Source: a bacterium
GTDB lineage: Bacteria; Zhuqueibacterota; Zhuqueibacteria; Oceanimicrobiales; Oceanimicrobiaceae
Length of the DNA: 20,029 nt
Assembly: GCA_046757525.1 (NCBI GenBank)
Contig: JBHHYI010000072.1
Span: forward strand, 1-20,029
Direction of reading: 5' to 3'
Shown here: piece after piece, positions 1 through 7,389 of the stretch
How the letters are laid out: every line of letters starts with the position of its first letter
How positions within the stretch are numbered: the first letter of the stretch is position 1
Translations under genes and position numbers: made by a program
The notes under the pieces: generated by a model
Told to the model about the DNA's origin: nothing
Databases searched by the model: none
The model's input: the letters and a program-made list of their open reading frames with translations, nothing else

Positions 1-53
1 GTGCTGCCGGCGCACGAGTCGCCTGTGGCGTCATCGGCATCGCCAAACCGTAG
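1..53 (+). CDS. sodC: 3' end of Cu/Zn superoxide dismutase family protein (partial, runs off the left edge)
   Basis: The frame starting at nt 3 reads AAGARVACGVIGIAKP* (TAG 51-53), matching the G-x-A-G-x-R-x-A-C-G-V-I C-terminal signature of Cu/Zn SODs. Not in the ORF track. Confidence 0.8.
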   Translation, partial: AAGARVACGVIGIAKP

Positions 54-61
54 TGGCGAAA

Positions 62-98
62 ACGCCGCGGGGATAAGCAACTGTCTCCGCGGCGTGTT
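62..98 (+). terminator. GC-rich hairpin after the sodC stop; possible weak terminator or attenuator
   Basis: acgccgcgg (62-70) pairs with ccgcggcgt (86-94), followed by only a short gttt tract. Confidence 0.4.
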
Positions 99-136
99 TG
101 ATCAGACCTGACAGCAACTACTAACGGAAGAAGATT

Positions 137-808
137 GTGAAGCAACCCAAGTTTATTCCACTGCCACACTACCAGGAAACTCCTGTTGCAGAGATGAAGA
201 AACGTTCTGTGGCTTTTTACCGGGAGATGAAACGACGGCGAACCGTACGCGACTTTTCCGACCGCGCGGTGCCGCGCGAAATCATCGAAAACTGTCTGTT
301 AGCGGCTGGCACCGCCCCTAATGGCGCCAACAAACAGCCCTGGCATTTTGTGGTGGTGAGCAATCCTCAAATTAAACGAAAGATTCGTGCGGCCGCAGAG
401 CAAGAGGAAGAAGCTTTTTACAGCGGGCGTGCCCCGGACGACTGGCTTGAGGCCCTGGCCCCGCTTGGCACCACGGCGGAGAAGCCGTTTTTGGAAACCG
501 CCCCCTATCTCATCGTCATATTTGCCCAGTCTTATGGCCTCAGCAAAGACGGCAAAAAAATAAAACACTATTATGTGCAGGAATCAGTAGGCATTGCTAC
601 CGGCATCTTGATTACGGCCATTCACCAGGCCGGACTGGTGTCGCTGACGCACACCCCCAGTCCCATGGGCTTTCTCAATGAAATCCTCCGTCGCCCGCCC
701 CACGAACGCGCCTTTCTCATTCTCGTGGTCGGCTATCCTGCTGAAGGTGCCCGGGTACCTGAAATCAGCAAGAAGTCTTTAGCCGAGATCGCAACGTTCG
801 CGGAGTGA
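137..808 (+). CDS. Nitroreductase-superfamily flavoprotein, iodotyrosine deiodinase (IYD)-like
   Basis: [11 protein letters not shown]-phosphate motif, [15 protein letters not shown], lid EEEAFY and KPFLE, and LTHTP as in IYD homologs. GTG start. Confidence 0.85.
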   Translation: MKQPKFIPLPHYQETPVAEMKKRSVAFYREMKRRRTVRDFSDRAVPREIIENCLLAAGTAPNGANKQPWHFVVVSNPQIKRKIRAAAEQEEEAFYSGRAPDDWLEALAPLGTTAEKPFLETAPYLIVIFAQSYGLSKDGKKIKHYYVQESVGIATGILITAIHQAGLVSLTHTPSPMGFLNEILRRPPHERAFLILVVGYPAEGARVPEISKKSLAEIATFAE

Positions 809-838
809 GGGAAGCCTAAACAAAAACGTTTGAATTGA

Positions 839-1084
839 ATGAGAAATAAACCTATTATCTGTGACATTTGTGGTGAGGACGGCGCCCGAATTCGGAGGGT
901 AACCGAGGCACATGGTAAAGGCAAAGATTTGCTGGTCATAGAAAATGTCCCCATGATTAGCTGTCCCCACTGCAGTGAAAGTTATTTTGCAGCCGACACA
1001 CTGCATGAGATCGAGCGTATAAAGCTACATCGCAAGACTTTTGCTTTGGAACGCCCAGTGGCAGTTGCTTCGTTTGTAGGATAA
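839..1084 (+). CDS. YgiT-type (MqsA N-terminal-like) zinc finger protein
   Basis: CDIC...VIENVPMISCPHCSESYF: two CxxC pairs with the characteristic ENVP and E-x-Y/F elements. 81 aa, no HTH domain. Confidence 0.85.
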   Translation: MRNKPIICDICGEDGARIRRVTEAHGKGKDLLVIENVPMISCPHCSESYFAADTLHEIERIKLHRKTFALERPVAVASFVG

Positions 1085-1087
1085 AAG

Positions 1088-1249
1088 GTAACAGTTCGGG
1101 CCGTAGATGGATCGTTCAGTATGTCTATGCTGAACGCACATTAAGTCGGGATATTTATCCCCATCGAGACTGCTGCGGGAACAGATGTTCCCTATTAATT
1201 TACGTTCAGGACAAATATCCTTAACGATCGCTAATGGGTGAACTGTTAC
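1088..1249. mobile_element. 162-bp non-autonomous MITE, IS66-family-like ends
   Basis: Perfect 10-bp TIRs gtaacagttc (1088-1097) and gaactgttac (1240-1249), flanked immediately by the 8-bp direct repeat gataaaag (1080-1087, 1250-1257). GTAA termini with an 8-bp duplication are IS66 hallmarks. Confidence 0.8.
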
Positions 1250-1378
1250 GATAAAAGAGCGTACGGCTTTTGACGAAACACTATCACCTTTTCCAACCGG
1301 GAATAACACAAGGTTTAATATTCTCCTTGCTTTCTAAACAGATTGCCAGAAAAACCAATCATTTTGGTGCACGCACGC

Positions 1379-2569
1379 ATGCATGGCATCCTTCATTTAA
1401 AACCAGGCAAAGAAAAACCCGTCAGGCACCGTCATCCGTGGATTTTTTCGGGCGCCATTGCAAAAGTCGAGGGCAGCTCGCAAGCCGGGGAAATGGTGCA
1501 GGTCAGGGATGCTCAGGGGAATTTCCTTGCTTGGGGCTATTACAACCCAAAGTCTCAAATCTGTGCCCGTCTTTTGGAATGGGACGCGGGGACTGCTATC
1601 GATGAAACCTGGTGGCAGGTTAAATTAGAGCAAGCCATTCACCGCAGGCAGCGTCTGCTGCAGTCCTCTGAAACCAACGCTTTGCGACTGGTAAACGCAG
1701 AGGCCGACTTGCTGCCCGGTCTCATCGTCGACCAATATGGCGATTATGTGGTCCTGCAGGCGCTGACGGCCGGCGTTGAGATGGTGAAAGCAACGGTGGT
1801 GGCACACCTGAATGACCTGCTAAGCCCGAAAGGGATTTATGAACGCAGCGACCTGTATTTTCGCAGGATAGAAGGTCTGCCCGTCACCGATGGGGTCCTG
1901 TCCGGAGAGGCCCCCCCGGAGCTTGTGGAAATCCAGGTTGGGGGACACGGCTTTTGGATCGATCTGCGTCATGGCCAAAAAACCGGCTTTTTCTTAGACC
2001 AAAACCGCAACCGCAGAGAAGTGGCTGAATACGCAGACGGGAGAAATGTTCTCGACTGTTTTTGTTATACCGGTGGTTTCGGTGTCCTGGCCAGGGCCGC
2101 TGGCGCCAGGTCCGTGGTCAGCTTAGACTCCTCTGCTGGGGCCCTGGAGTTGTTGCGGAAAAACTTCCAATTAAACAGTTTTTCTACAAAAGAGAATGAA
2201 ATGGTTCGCGGCGACGTATTCGAATCTCTGCGAAGATTTCGAGAAGATGGTCGCAAATATGACCTCATCATCCTGGATCCGCCAAAATTAGCGCCGACCA
2301 AAGCGCACGTGGGCAAGGCCCGGAGAGCGTACAAAGACCTCAATTTAGGCGCCATGAACCTGCTTACCCGGGATGGCATCTTAGCCACGTTTTCGTGTTC
2401 CAGCGGCATCTCTCCTGCGCTGTTTCAGCAAATCGTTGCCTGGGCCAGCGTCGATGCAGGCCGGGAGATTCAGATTCTGCATCGTCTTTCTCAGGGGGAA
2501 GATCATCCCGTGAGACTTGCTTTTCCTGAGTCAGAATACTTGAAGGGTTTGGTGTGTCGCGTGCTGTAA
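1379..2569 (+). CDS. rlmI: Class I SAM-dependent rRNA methyltransferase, RlmI-like (PUA + MTase)
   Basis: RHPWIFSGAI, EADLLPGLIVDQY, GQKTGFFLDQ, VLDCFCYTGGF, ILDPPK, FSCS, ESEYLKG. ATG 1379 is preferred over TTG 1343. Confidence 0.88.
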   Translation: MHGILHLKPGKEKPVRHRHPWIFSGAIAKVEGSSQAGEMVQVRDAQGNFLAWGYYNPKSQICARLLEWDAGTAIDETWWQVKLEQAIHRRQRLLQSSETNALRLVNAEADLLPGLIVDQYGDYVVLQALTAGVEMVKATVVAHLNDLLSPKGIYERSDLYFRRIEGLPVTDGVLSGEAPPELVEIQVGGHGFWIDLRHGQKTGFFLDQNRNRREVAEYADGRNVLDCFCYTGGFGVLARAAGARSVVSLDSSAGALELLRKNFQLNSFSTKENEMVRGDVFESLRRFREDGRKYDLIILDPPKLAPTKAHVGKARRAYKDLNLGAMNLLTRDGILATFSCSSGISPALFQQIVAWASVDAGREIQILHRLSQGEDHPVRLAFPESEYLKGLVCRVL

Positions 2570-2746
2570 TGGGTGCCTTGTTTTAAAGTTGAGCAAATAA
2601 TTCACCGATTCATAGGTTTAGACAAGCAGGTGAAACTCGAGATTCCCGAATCCTCTCCGGGTCGATTTTTTCTGCTCAGTTTCTTGATACTGCCTGTATT
2701 AATAGTTTGGATTGGAACTTAAACAAAAATAAGAAAAGTTTTTAAT

Positions 2747-2775
2747 TTGATTTTTGCTCATTTATGTATTATATT
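2747..2775 (+). promoter_or_regulatory. Putative sigma70 promoter for the 2820 gene
   Basis: TTGATT (2747-2752), 17 nt, TATATT (2770-2775), with an AT-rich upstream tract and a purine-rich RBS before ATG 2820. Confidence 0.55.
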
Positions 2776-2819
2776 TAGGTCAAAGAGTTGTGGATTAGAA
2801 CATTTACCAGGAAGGGGAT

Positions 2820-3890
2820 ATGCTACCATCACCCACACAACTAAAATTGCAACTCAAGCCGCAGGCCAGATTTGAAGTAATAGACGTAGCACAAAAAATT
2901 GCCAGGGAATTTGGCGACCTCCTCAACGCCTACCGCAAATCGCTCTACTGCTCGTTTCATACCACGGCGGGGTATCTTGAGCAGAGTCTGTGTGCCAGCC
3001 TAAAATACAGTCAGGACCATGTTAGCCCGTTCATTGAGCTGTTTCAAAAGCTGTTTCCGCCGGAGGCGAATTACCGGCACGACCAACTGCAACTGCGCAC
3101 CGAACTAAGCGAAGCCCAACGTCAGGTCGAGCCTAAGAATGCAGATTCGCACTTGATTTTCATCAGCTCCGGCATGAAGAACTGCGTGACCTACGACAAC
3201 AAACCGGACATGCCTGTCTACTTCATCGACCTGGACGGGGTGAATGGGGATCGGTGCCGCTGTCGGCAAACCACTGTACTGGCGTTCAACGAGGAAAAGG
3301 CGATTCACAAGGTGAAAATGGCGATCCCCGTGTCCAGGCACCCCATCGATTCCATCAATCTCATCGATCCTCGCTATGAGTTTTTTGAACAATTAAAAGA
3401 AATGGTGCGACGATTGGAGATCGTGCACGGTCGCATCGACATCGCATTGGATGCCAGTGAGAAGCATGCAGGTCTGACCGTCAACGAGTACGAAACGTTG
3501 CTGATGCAGCACGACCTCGCCGAAGTTTTGAATAACCCCTTGAAGTTTGTAGCCATAAGAGGAAAACACGCGCTGGCTGCCCCACAGTTGATTCCCGAAA
3601 AGACCCTCAATTACGCAAAATACGATCTGGTGCACATCTTCAACTTGCTTATGGACAAATTTGGGGTCAGTGAAACCGTCATCGAAAAATTCCTATCGAT
3701 TTTCATCCGACTTCCAGCTTCCCATTATTTGAGCATGAAGCGACAAATTAGCCTCCTGGTTTCAGAAGATGAACGAGAGGGAACCGGTAAAATCGTCTTC
3801 GGCAAATACCAGAGTCCGATTTTAGTTCAATGGAAGCACGCAGACAAGCAAACGCGCTACTTAGAGGTCTCAATTTCAAAATTTGCTTAG
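2820..3890 (+). CDS. Uncharacterised protein with two tandem YjbQ/UPF0047-like domains
   Basis: N-half: FEVIDV, SFHTTAG, LFPPEANYRHD, NADSHL, FIDLDG..R.R. C-half: HAGLTVNEYE..DL, ASHYL, GKIVFGKYQSPILVQW..R.LEV. Confidence 0.65.
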   Translation: MLPSPTQLKLQLKPQARFEVIDVAQKIAREFGDLLNAYRKSLYCSFHTTAGYLEQSLCASLKYSQDHVSPFIELFQKLFPPEANYRHDQLQLRTELSEAQRQVEPKNADSHLIFISSGMKNCVTYDNKPDMPVYFIDLDGVNGDRCRCRQTTVLAFNEEKAIHKVKMAIPVSRHPIDSINLIDPRYEFFEQLKEMVRRLEIVHGRIDIALDASEKHAGLTVNEYETLLMQHDLAEVLNNPLKFVAIRGKHALAAPQLIPEKTLNYAKYDLVHIFNLLMDKFGVSETVIEKFLSIFIRLPASHYLSMKRQISLLVSEDEREGTGKIVFGKYQSPILVQWKHADKQTRYLEVSISKFA

Positions 3891-3906
3891 ACTTCACCGC
3901 AGATAG

Positions 3907-3941
3907 AAAGTCCCCAGCACTTCAAAAGTGCCGGGGACTTT
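3907..3941. terminator. Strong hairpin, probable bidirectional terminator or REP-like palindrome
   Basis: aaagtccccagcactt-caa-aagtgccggggacttt, 16 nt after the stop at 3890. Confidence 0.65.
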
Positions 3942-4105
3942 ACCATGCTTTGCCCAAAAGCACCGAGATCGATTCCTGCGGGCGCTGGTTTTGAGAATAA
4001 ACCTTGATTTAAAATACAACTGAGTGGTGCCAGCGGCGCCAGCTCTTTACTGTGGCCGGTCGTTCCGGGCCGGGGCGTTTCTAACCTGTCCGGCTGTTGT
4101 CCATG

Positions 4106-4262
4106 GGCGTCAACTTAAGCCCCAAAACTGTCATTTCGACCCGGCAGCCGCCGGGGAGAAATCTGGTTTGTGCCTAAATCAGACCCCTCGACTACGTCCG
4201 GCAACTGCCGGACTCCGCTCGCGGTGACAGTAGGGTGGTTAGACGCCCCTTAAGTTGACGCC
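4106..4262. mobile_element. MITE-like element with 14-bp TIRs enclosing a TGTCAT...TGACA palindromic repeat
   Basis: ggcgtcaacttaag (4106-4119) and cttaagttgacgcc (4249-4262) form a perfect IR. Inner actgtca...tgacagt (4127-4231) contains the hairpin gtccggca-ac-tgccggac. No target duplication seen. Confidence 0.7.
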
Positions 4263-4337
4263 AAAAGGCAACTGCCGAATTTACTTAGGTGGGTCAGGAG
4301 GCACCTCCATAGTTAAATAAATACTGTCTCTATTGGA

Positions 4338-4366
4338 GGTATATCAAAGGGTGGGGAAAATGTCAA
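4338..4366 (-). promoter_or_regulatory. Near-consensus sigma70 promoter with no downstream gene
   Basis: Minus strand TTGACA (4366-4361), 17 nt, TATACC (4343-4338) with an extended TGn, and GGAGGT about 30 nt downstream. Confidence 0.55.
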
Positions 4367-4626
4367 GAAAAATCTGCCCCGCCCAGCGGGGCTTCGTTCA
4401 ACAAATCAATGCACTTGTGGCCGAATCATATTTAGTGAAACTAAGGTAAGCAATGATAAGCAATAGCTCAGTGCGAAAAGAAGACGCACTTTCTTAACCA
4501 ACACCATTTGATTGACATGTTCAATTATCGTTTGATTTTGTCTATGGTAATTCATAATTTGAGTAAATAAATTGGTCAGCTTATAGGTGTACTTTCAATT
4601 TATTAGAAGTACTTGAGGTGAAAAAG

Positions 4627-4962
4627 ATGACTCTTACAATTAACACTGAACCAGTACCGCTTCGAACCGATAAAGACGGTGTCGTTCGTGTTGGCGGTAC
4701 TCGGGTAACACTTGATACTGTTGTTGCTACCTTCAATGAAGGTGCCACTGCTGAGGAAATAGTACAGCAGTATCCATCTTTGGAACTCGCCGATGTTTAT
4801 GCTGTGATTAGCTACTATCTAAGAAATCATTCAGAGGTGGAAGCCTATTTGCAAAAACGACACAAGCAAGCCGAGGAAATACGCAAACAGAATGAGGCAC
4901 GATTTGACCCACATGGAATACGGGAGCGTCTGCTGGCTCGTCGTGCCAAGAATAAGGGATAA
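4627..4962 (+). CDS. DUF433-domain protein (putative antitoxin, VapB45-like)
   Basis: VRVGGTRVTLDTVV..FNEGATAEEIVQQYPSLELADVYAVISYY. RBS GAGGTG (4615-4620) favours ATG 4627. Confidence 0.88.
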   Translation: MTLTINTEPVPLRTDKDGVVRVGGTRVTLDTVVATFNEGATAEEIVQQYPSLELADVYAVISYYLRNHSEVEAYLQKRHKQAEEIRKQNEARFDPHGIRERLLARRAKNKG

Positions 4963-4967
4963 CATTA

Positions 4968-5318
4968 ATGCTTCGGTTAGCCGCTGATGAGAATTTTAAT
5001 CGCAACATCGTTCGTGGATTATTGCGTCGGAAACCAGAATTGGATATTGTTTGTATTCATGATGTTGGTCTTTCTGAGGCTGATGACCCCACAATATTGG
5101 AATGGGCCGCAAACGAAAACCGTGTACTTTTAACGCATGATGTATCAACAATGACTCGTTATGCTTACCAGCGTGTTCAGGCAGGCCTTCCCATGCCAGG
5201 AGTTTTTGAAGTAAGCCGTAAGGTTCCGATAGGTCATGCCGTTGAAGATATCTTAATACTTGCGGAATGTAGTCTTGAGGGCGAATGGGAAAGTCAAGTG
5301 CGTTACTTACCTTTATAA
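4968..5318 (+). CDS. DUF5615 family PIN-like protein (putative toxin, VapC45-like)
   Basis: LAADENF, DDPTILEWA, RVLLTHD acidic PIN-like motifs; 5 nt downstream of the DUF433 gene. Confidence 0.85.
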   Translation: MLRLAADENFNRNIVRGLLRRKPELDIVCIHDVGLSEADDPTILEWAANENRVLLTHDVSTMTRYAYQRVQAGLPMPGVFEVSRKVPIGHAVEDILILAECSLEGEWESQVRYLPL

Positions 5319-5659
5319 AAATCTTAACAGAAATTCACTTACTTTAAAACAGCAATTAGAAAAAATCCAAAGAAGGCAAATCTGTAACCAGGAGTCAGGC
5401 TCTCAAAATCAAGTTCCGTGTGGTTATCGGCTGACGACAACTGCAGCCGAAAAAGGGCTCATACTTTTTGGCCGGGTTTTGAGCTCCCTCGAAAGTTCTT
5501 TTGTACAGCACGTGAGGTGCCCTGTCATCCTTCTTTGCGGCTCAGTTATGCGTTCGTTTCATGAAATGAAGGTCGAAAGGACGAACTTCGAGGCAGATTG
5601 GTTCGTGGTCGGACCCGGGATTCCAACGTCTCCTGAGGCGAGTCGTCTAAACTTTGTGC

Positions 5660-5688
5660 TTGCGTTTTCGGCTTTGTTTCGTTATCTT
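5660..5688 (+). promoter_or_regulatory. Putative sigma70 promoter giving a 5' leader of about 195 nt to the helicase gene
   Basis: TTGCGT (5660-5665), 17 nt, TATCTT (5683-5688). Confidence 0.45.
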
Positions 5689-5890
5689 CTTTACTACCGA
5701 AGATGCTCTCTCACAACGGTTTCGCTGGGTGTGTGTCTGTACCGCCCCCCAAAAGCGATTCCTTATCAGTTCAGACCGTGCATCCCGACCGTTTAGGGTA
5801 GGGACGCCCGATTGCCGCGCTCATTGCGGTCCTTTCTTTTCCACGCGTCCGGGCGGGTTGAGATTTGTAAAACCCCGGACCAGGAAAAAT

Positions 5891-7219
5891 ATGAAAGAAC
5901 ACGCACACACACACGCGCCGCGCACCGGCCATTCCGCCCCGCAGCCTCAGCTTCCGCAAGGTGCCTTTGGCGCCCTGATTCCAAAGATTCAGCAGGCCGT
6001 GTCCGCCGCGGGATACGTTACCCCCACGCCCATCCAGGAGCAGTGCATTCCGCCCCTGCTGGCAGGACGGGATCTGCTGGGCACCGCCCAAACCGGCACC
6101 GGCAAGACCGCCGCCTTTACTCTGCCGCTCCTGCAGCGGCTTTCCGGCAACTCTCGCCGGCTTCGGAAAGGAACCCCCAGGGCCCTCATTCTTGCCCCCA
6201 CCCGCGAGCTCACGGCTCAAATCGGTGAGAGCATCCAGACGTATGGACGCTTTGTACACCTCCGCCATACTGTGATCTTCGGCGGGGTCAACCAGTCCCC
6301 TCAGGTCACGGCTCTGAACCGTGGGGTCGATATCCTCGTGGCCACTCCCGGCCGGCTGCTTGATCTGATGCAGCAGCGATTCATCCACCTGACTGAGGTG
6401 GAGGTCTTCATTCTCGACGAGGTGGACCGGCTGCTCGACATGGGCTTTGTTCCCGACGTCAAGCGGGTGTTGTCCCACATTCCGACTGAGCGCCAGACCC
6501 TGTTCTTTTCGGCCACAATGCCCCCGAAAATGGTGGAACTGGCCCACACCATGGTCCGCAACCCGGTGCGGGTGACCATCGCGCCCGACAAACCCGCAGT
6601 GGAGTGCATCGCTCAGAAGGTGTTCTTCGTGGGGAAAAGGAGCAAAGATACCCTGCTGGTCTCCCTGTTGCGCGACCCCCAGATCAATAAGGCCATCATT
6701 TTCACCCAGATGAAGCACGTCGCTAATCGAGTGGTGAAAAAGTTGTCCGCAGCGGGCATTCGCGGCACCGCTATCCACGGCAACAAGAGCCAGGCAGCAC
6801 GTACCAAGGCGTTGGACGGCTTCAAGCAAGGCCGTTTCCGGGTGCTGGTCGCCACCGATGTGGCGGCGCGAGGATTGCATGTGGACGATGTCACCCACGT
6901 GATCAACTACGATCTTCCCGTGGAACCCGAGACCTACGTGAACCGCATCGGGCGCACCGCCCGGGCGGGGGCGAAAGGTGACGCTATTTCGTTCTGCTGC
7001 GCTGAGGACAAAGCCTATCTGCGGGAGATCGAACGCCTATTAGGCAAGCCGGTGCCCGCCGAGATGGAACACCCATATCATTGTGACGAGGCCTTCCGGT
7101 CTAGCCAACCCGCCCCGAAGCAAGGTGGCCGTGGCCGCGGATGGCGGGGCGGACGCCCCCAACCGCAGAGCCACTCGGCCCGGCCTCGCAGCCGTAGCCG
7201 CAACCGGGGCAGGCGCTAA
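5891..7219 (+). CDS. DEAD/DEAH-box RNA helicase, RhlE-like
   Basis: Q motif GYVTPTPIQ, AQTGTGKT, PTREL, TPGRL, DEVD, SAT, ARGLH, NRIGRTARAG and an Arg/Gly-rich tail. ATG 5891 follows aggaaaaat. Confidence 0.92.
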   Translation: MKEHAHTHAPRTGHSAPQPQLPQGAFGALIPKIQQAVSAAGYVTPTPIQEQCIPPLLAGRDLLGTAQTGTGKTAAFTLPLLQRLSGNSRRLRKGTPRALILAPTRELTAQIGESIQTYGRFVHLRHTVIFGGVNQSPQVTALNRGVDILVATPGRLLDLMQQRFIHLTEVEVFILDEVDRLLDMGFVPDVKRVLSHIPTERQTLFFSATMPPKMVELAHTMVRNPVRVTIAPDKPAVECIAQKVFFVGKRSKDTLLVSLLRDPQINKAIIFTQMKHVANRVVKKLSAAGIRGTAIHGNKSQAARTKALDGFKQGRFRVLVATDVAARGLHVDDVTHVINYDLPVEPETYVNRIGRTARAGAKGDAISFCCAEDKAYLREIERLLGKPVPAEMEHPYHCDEAFRSSQPAPKQGGRGRGWRGGRPQPQSHSARPRSRSRNRGRR

Positions 7220-7389
7220 AACGAAGGCCCTGCGTCTCGCCCAAGTCGCGAGCCAGATCGCTGGAAAGCATTCTTAATCGAAGGTGCCGAACCAGACGCT
7301 GCCGCAGCCGCCGACAGGCGGCGCTGCTGAGCTCATCGGAAGCTTGACCGAAGAGTCCGTAGAGATGCTTACTCATGGTGCGATTCCGC

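Noticed and set aside
1088..1249. 6S RNA or another housekeeping ncRNA (long rod fold)
   Set aside because: Perfect TIRs with an exact 8-bp flanking duplication are better explained by a MITE, and no clear promoter or central bubble was seen.
4024..4227. Short ORFs over repeat regions (4024-4227, 10718-10912, 11017-11397, 14689-15058)
   Set aside because: They are translations of palindromic repeat DNA with no coding evidence.
5754..5766. 13-bp match agcgattccttat to 14606-14618
   Set aside because: Several 13-mer matches are expected by chance in 20 kb, and there is no partner IR nearby.
5260..5890. ORF 5260-5796 and the 79-aa N-terminal extension of the helicase
   Set aside because: TTG starts, no recognisable motifs, and overlap with the predicted promoter and leader.
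5771..6898. 375-aa antisense ORF, and similar long antisense ORFs inside dnaE and the RND gene
   Set aside because: Shadow frames of GC-rich, codon-biased genes with no independent motifs.
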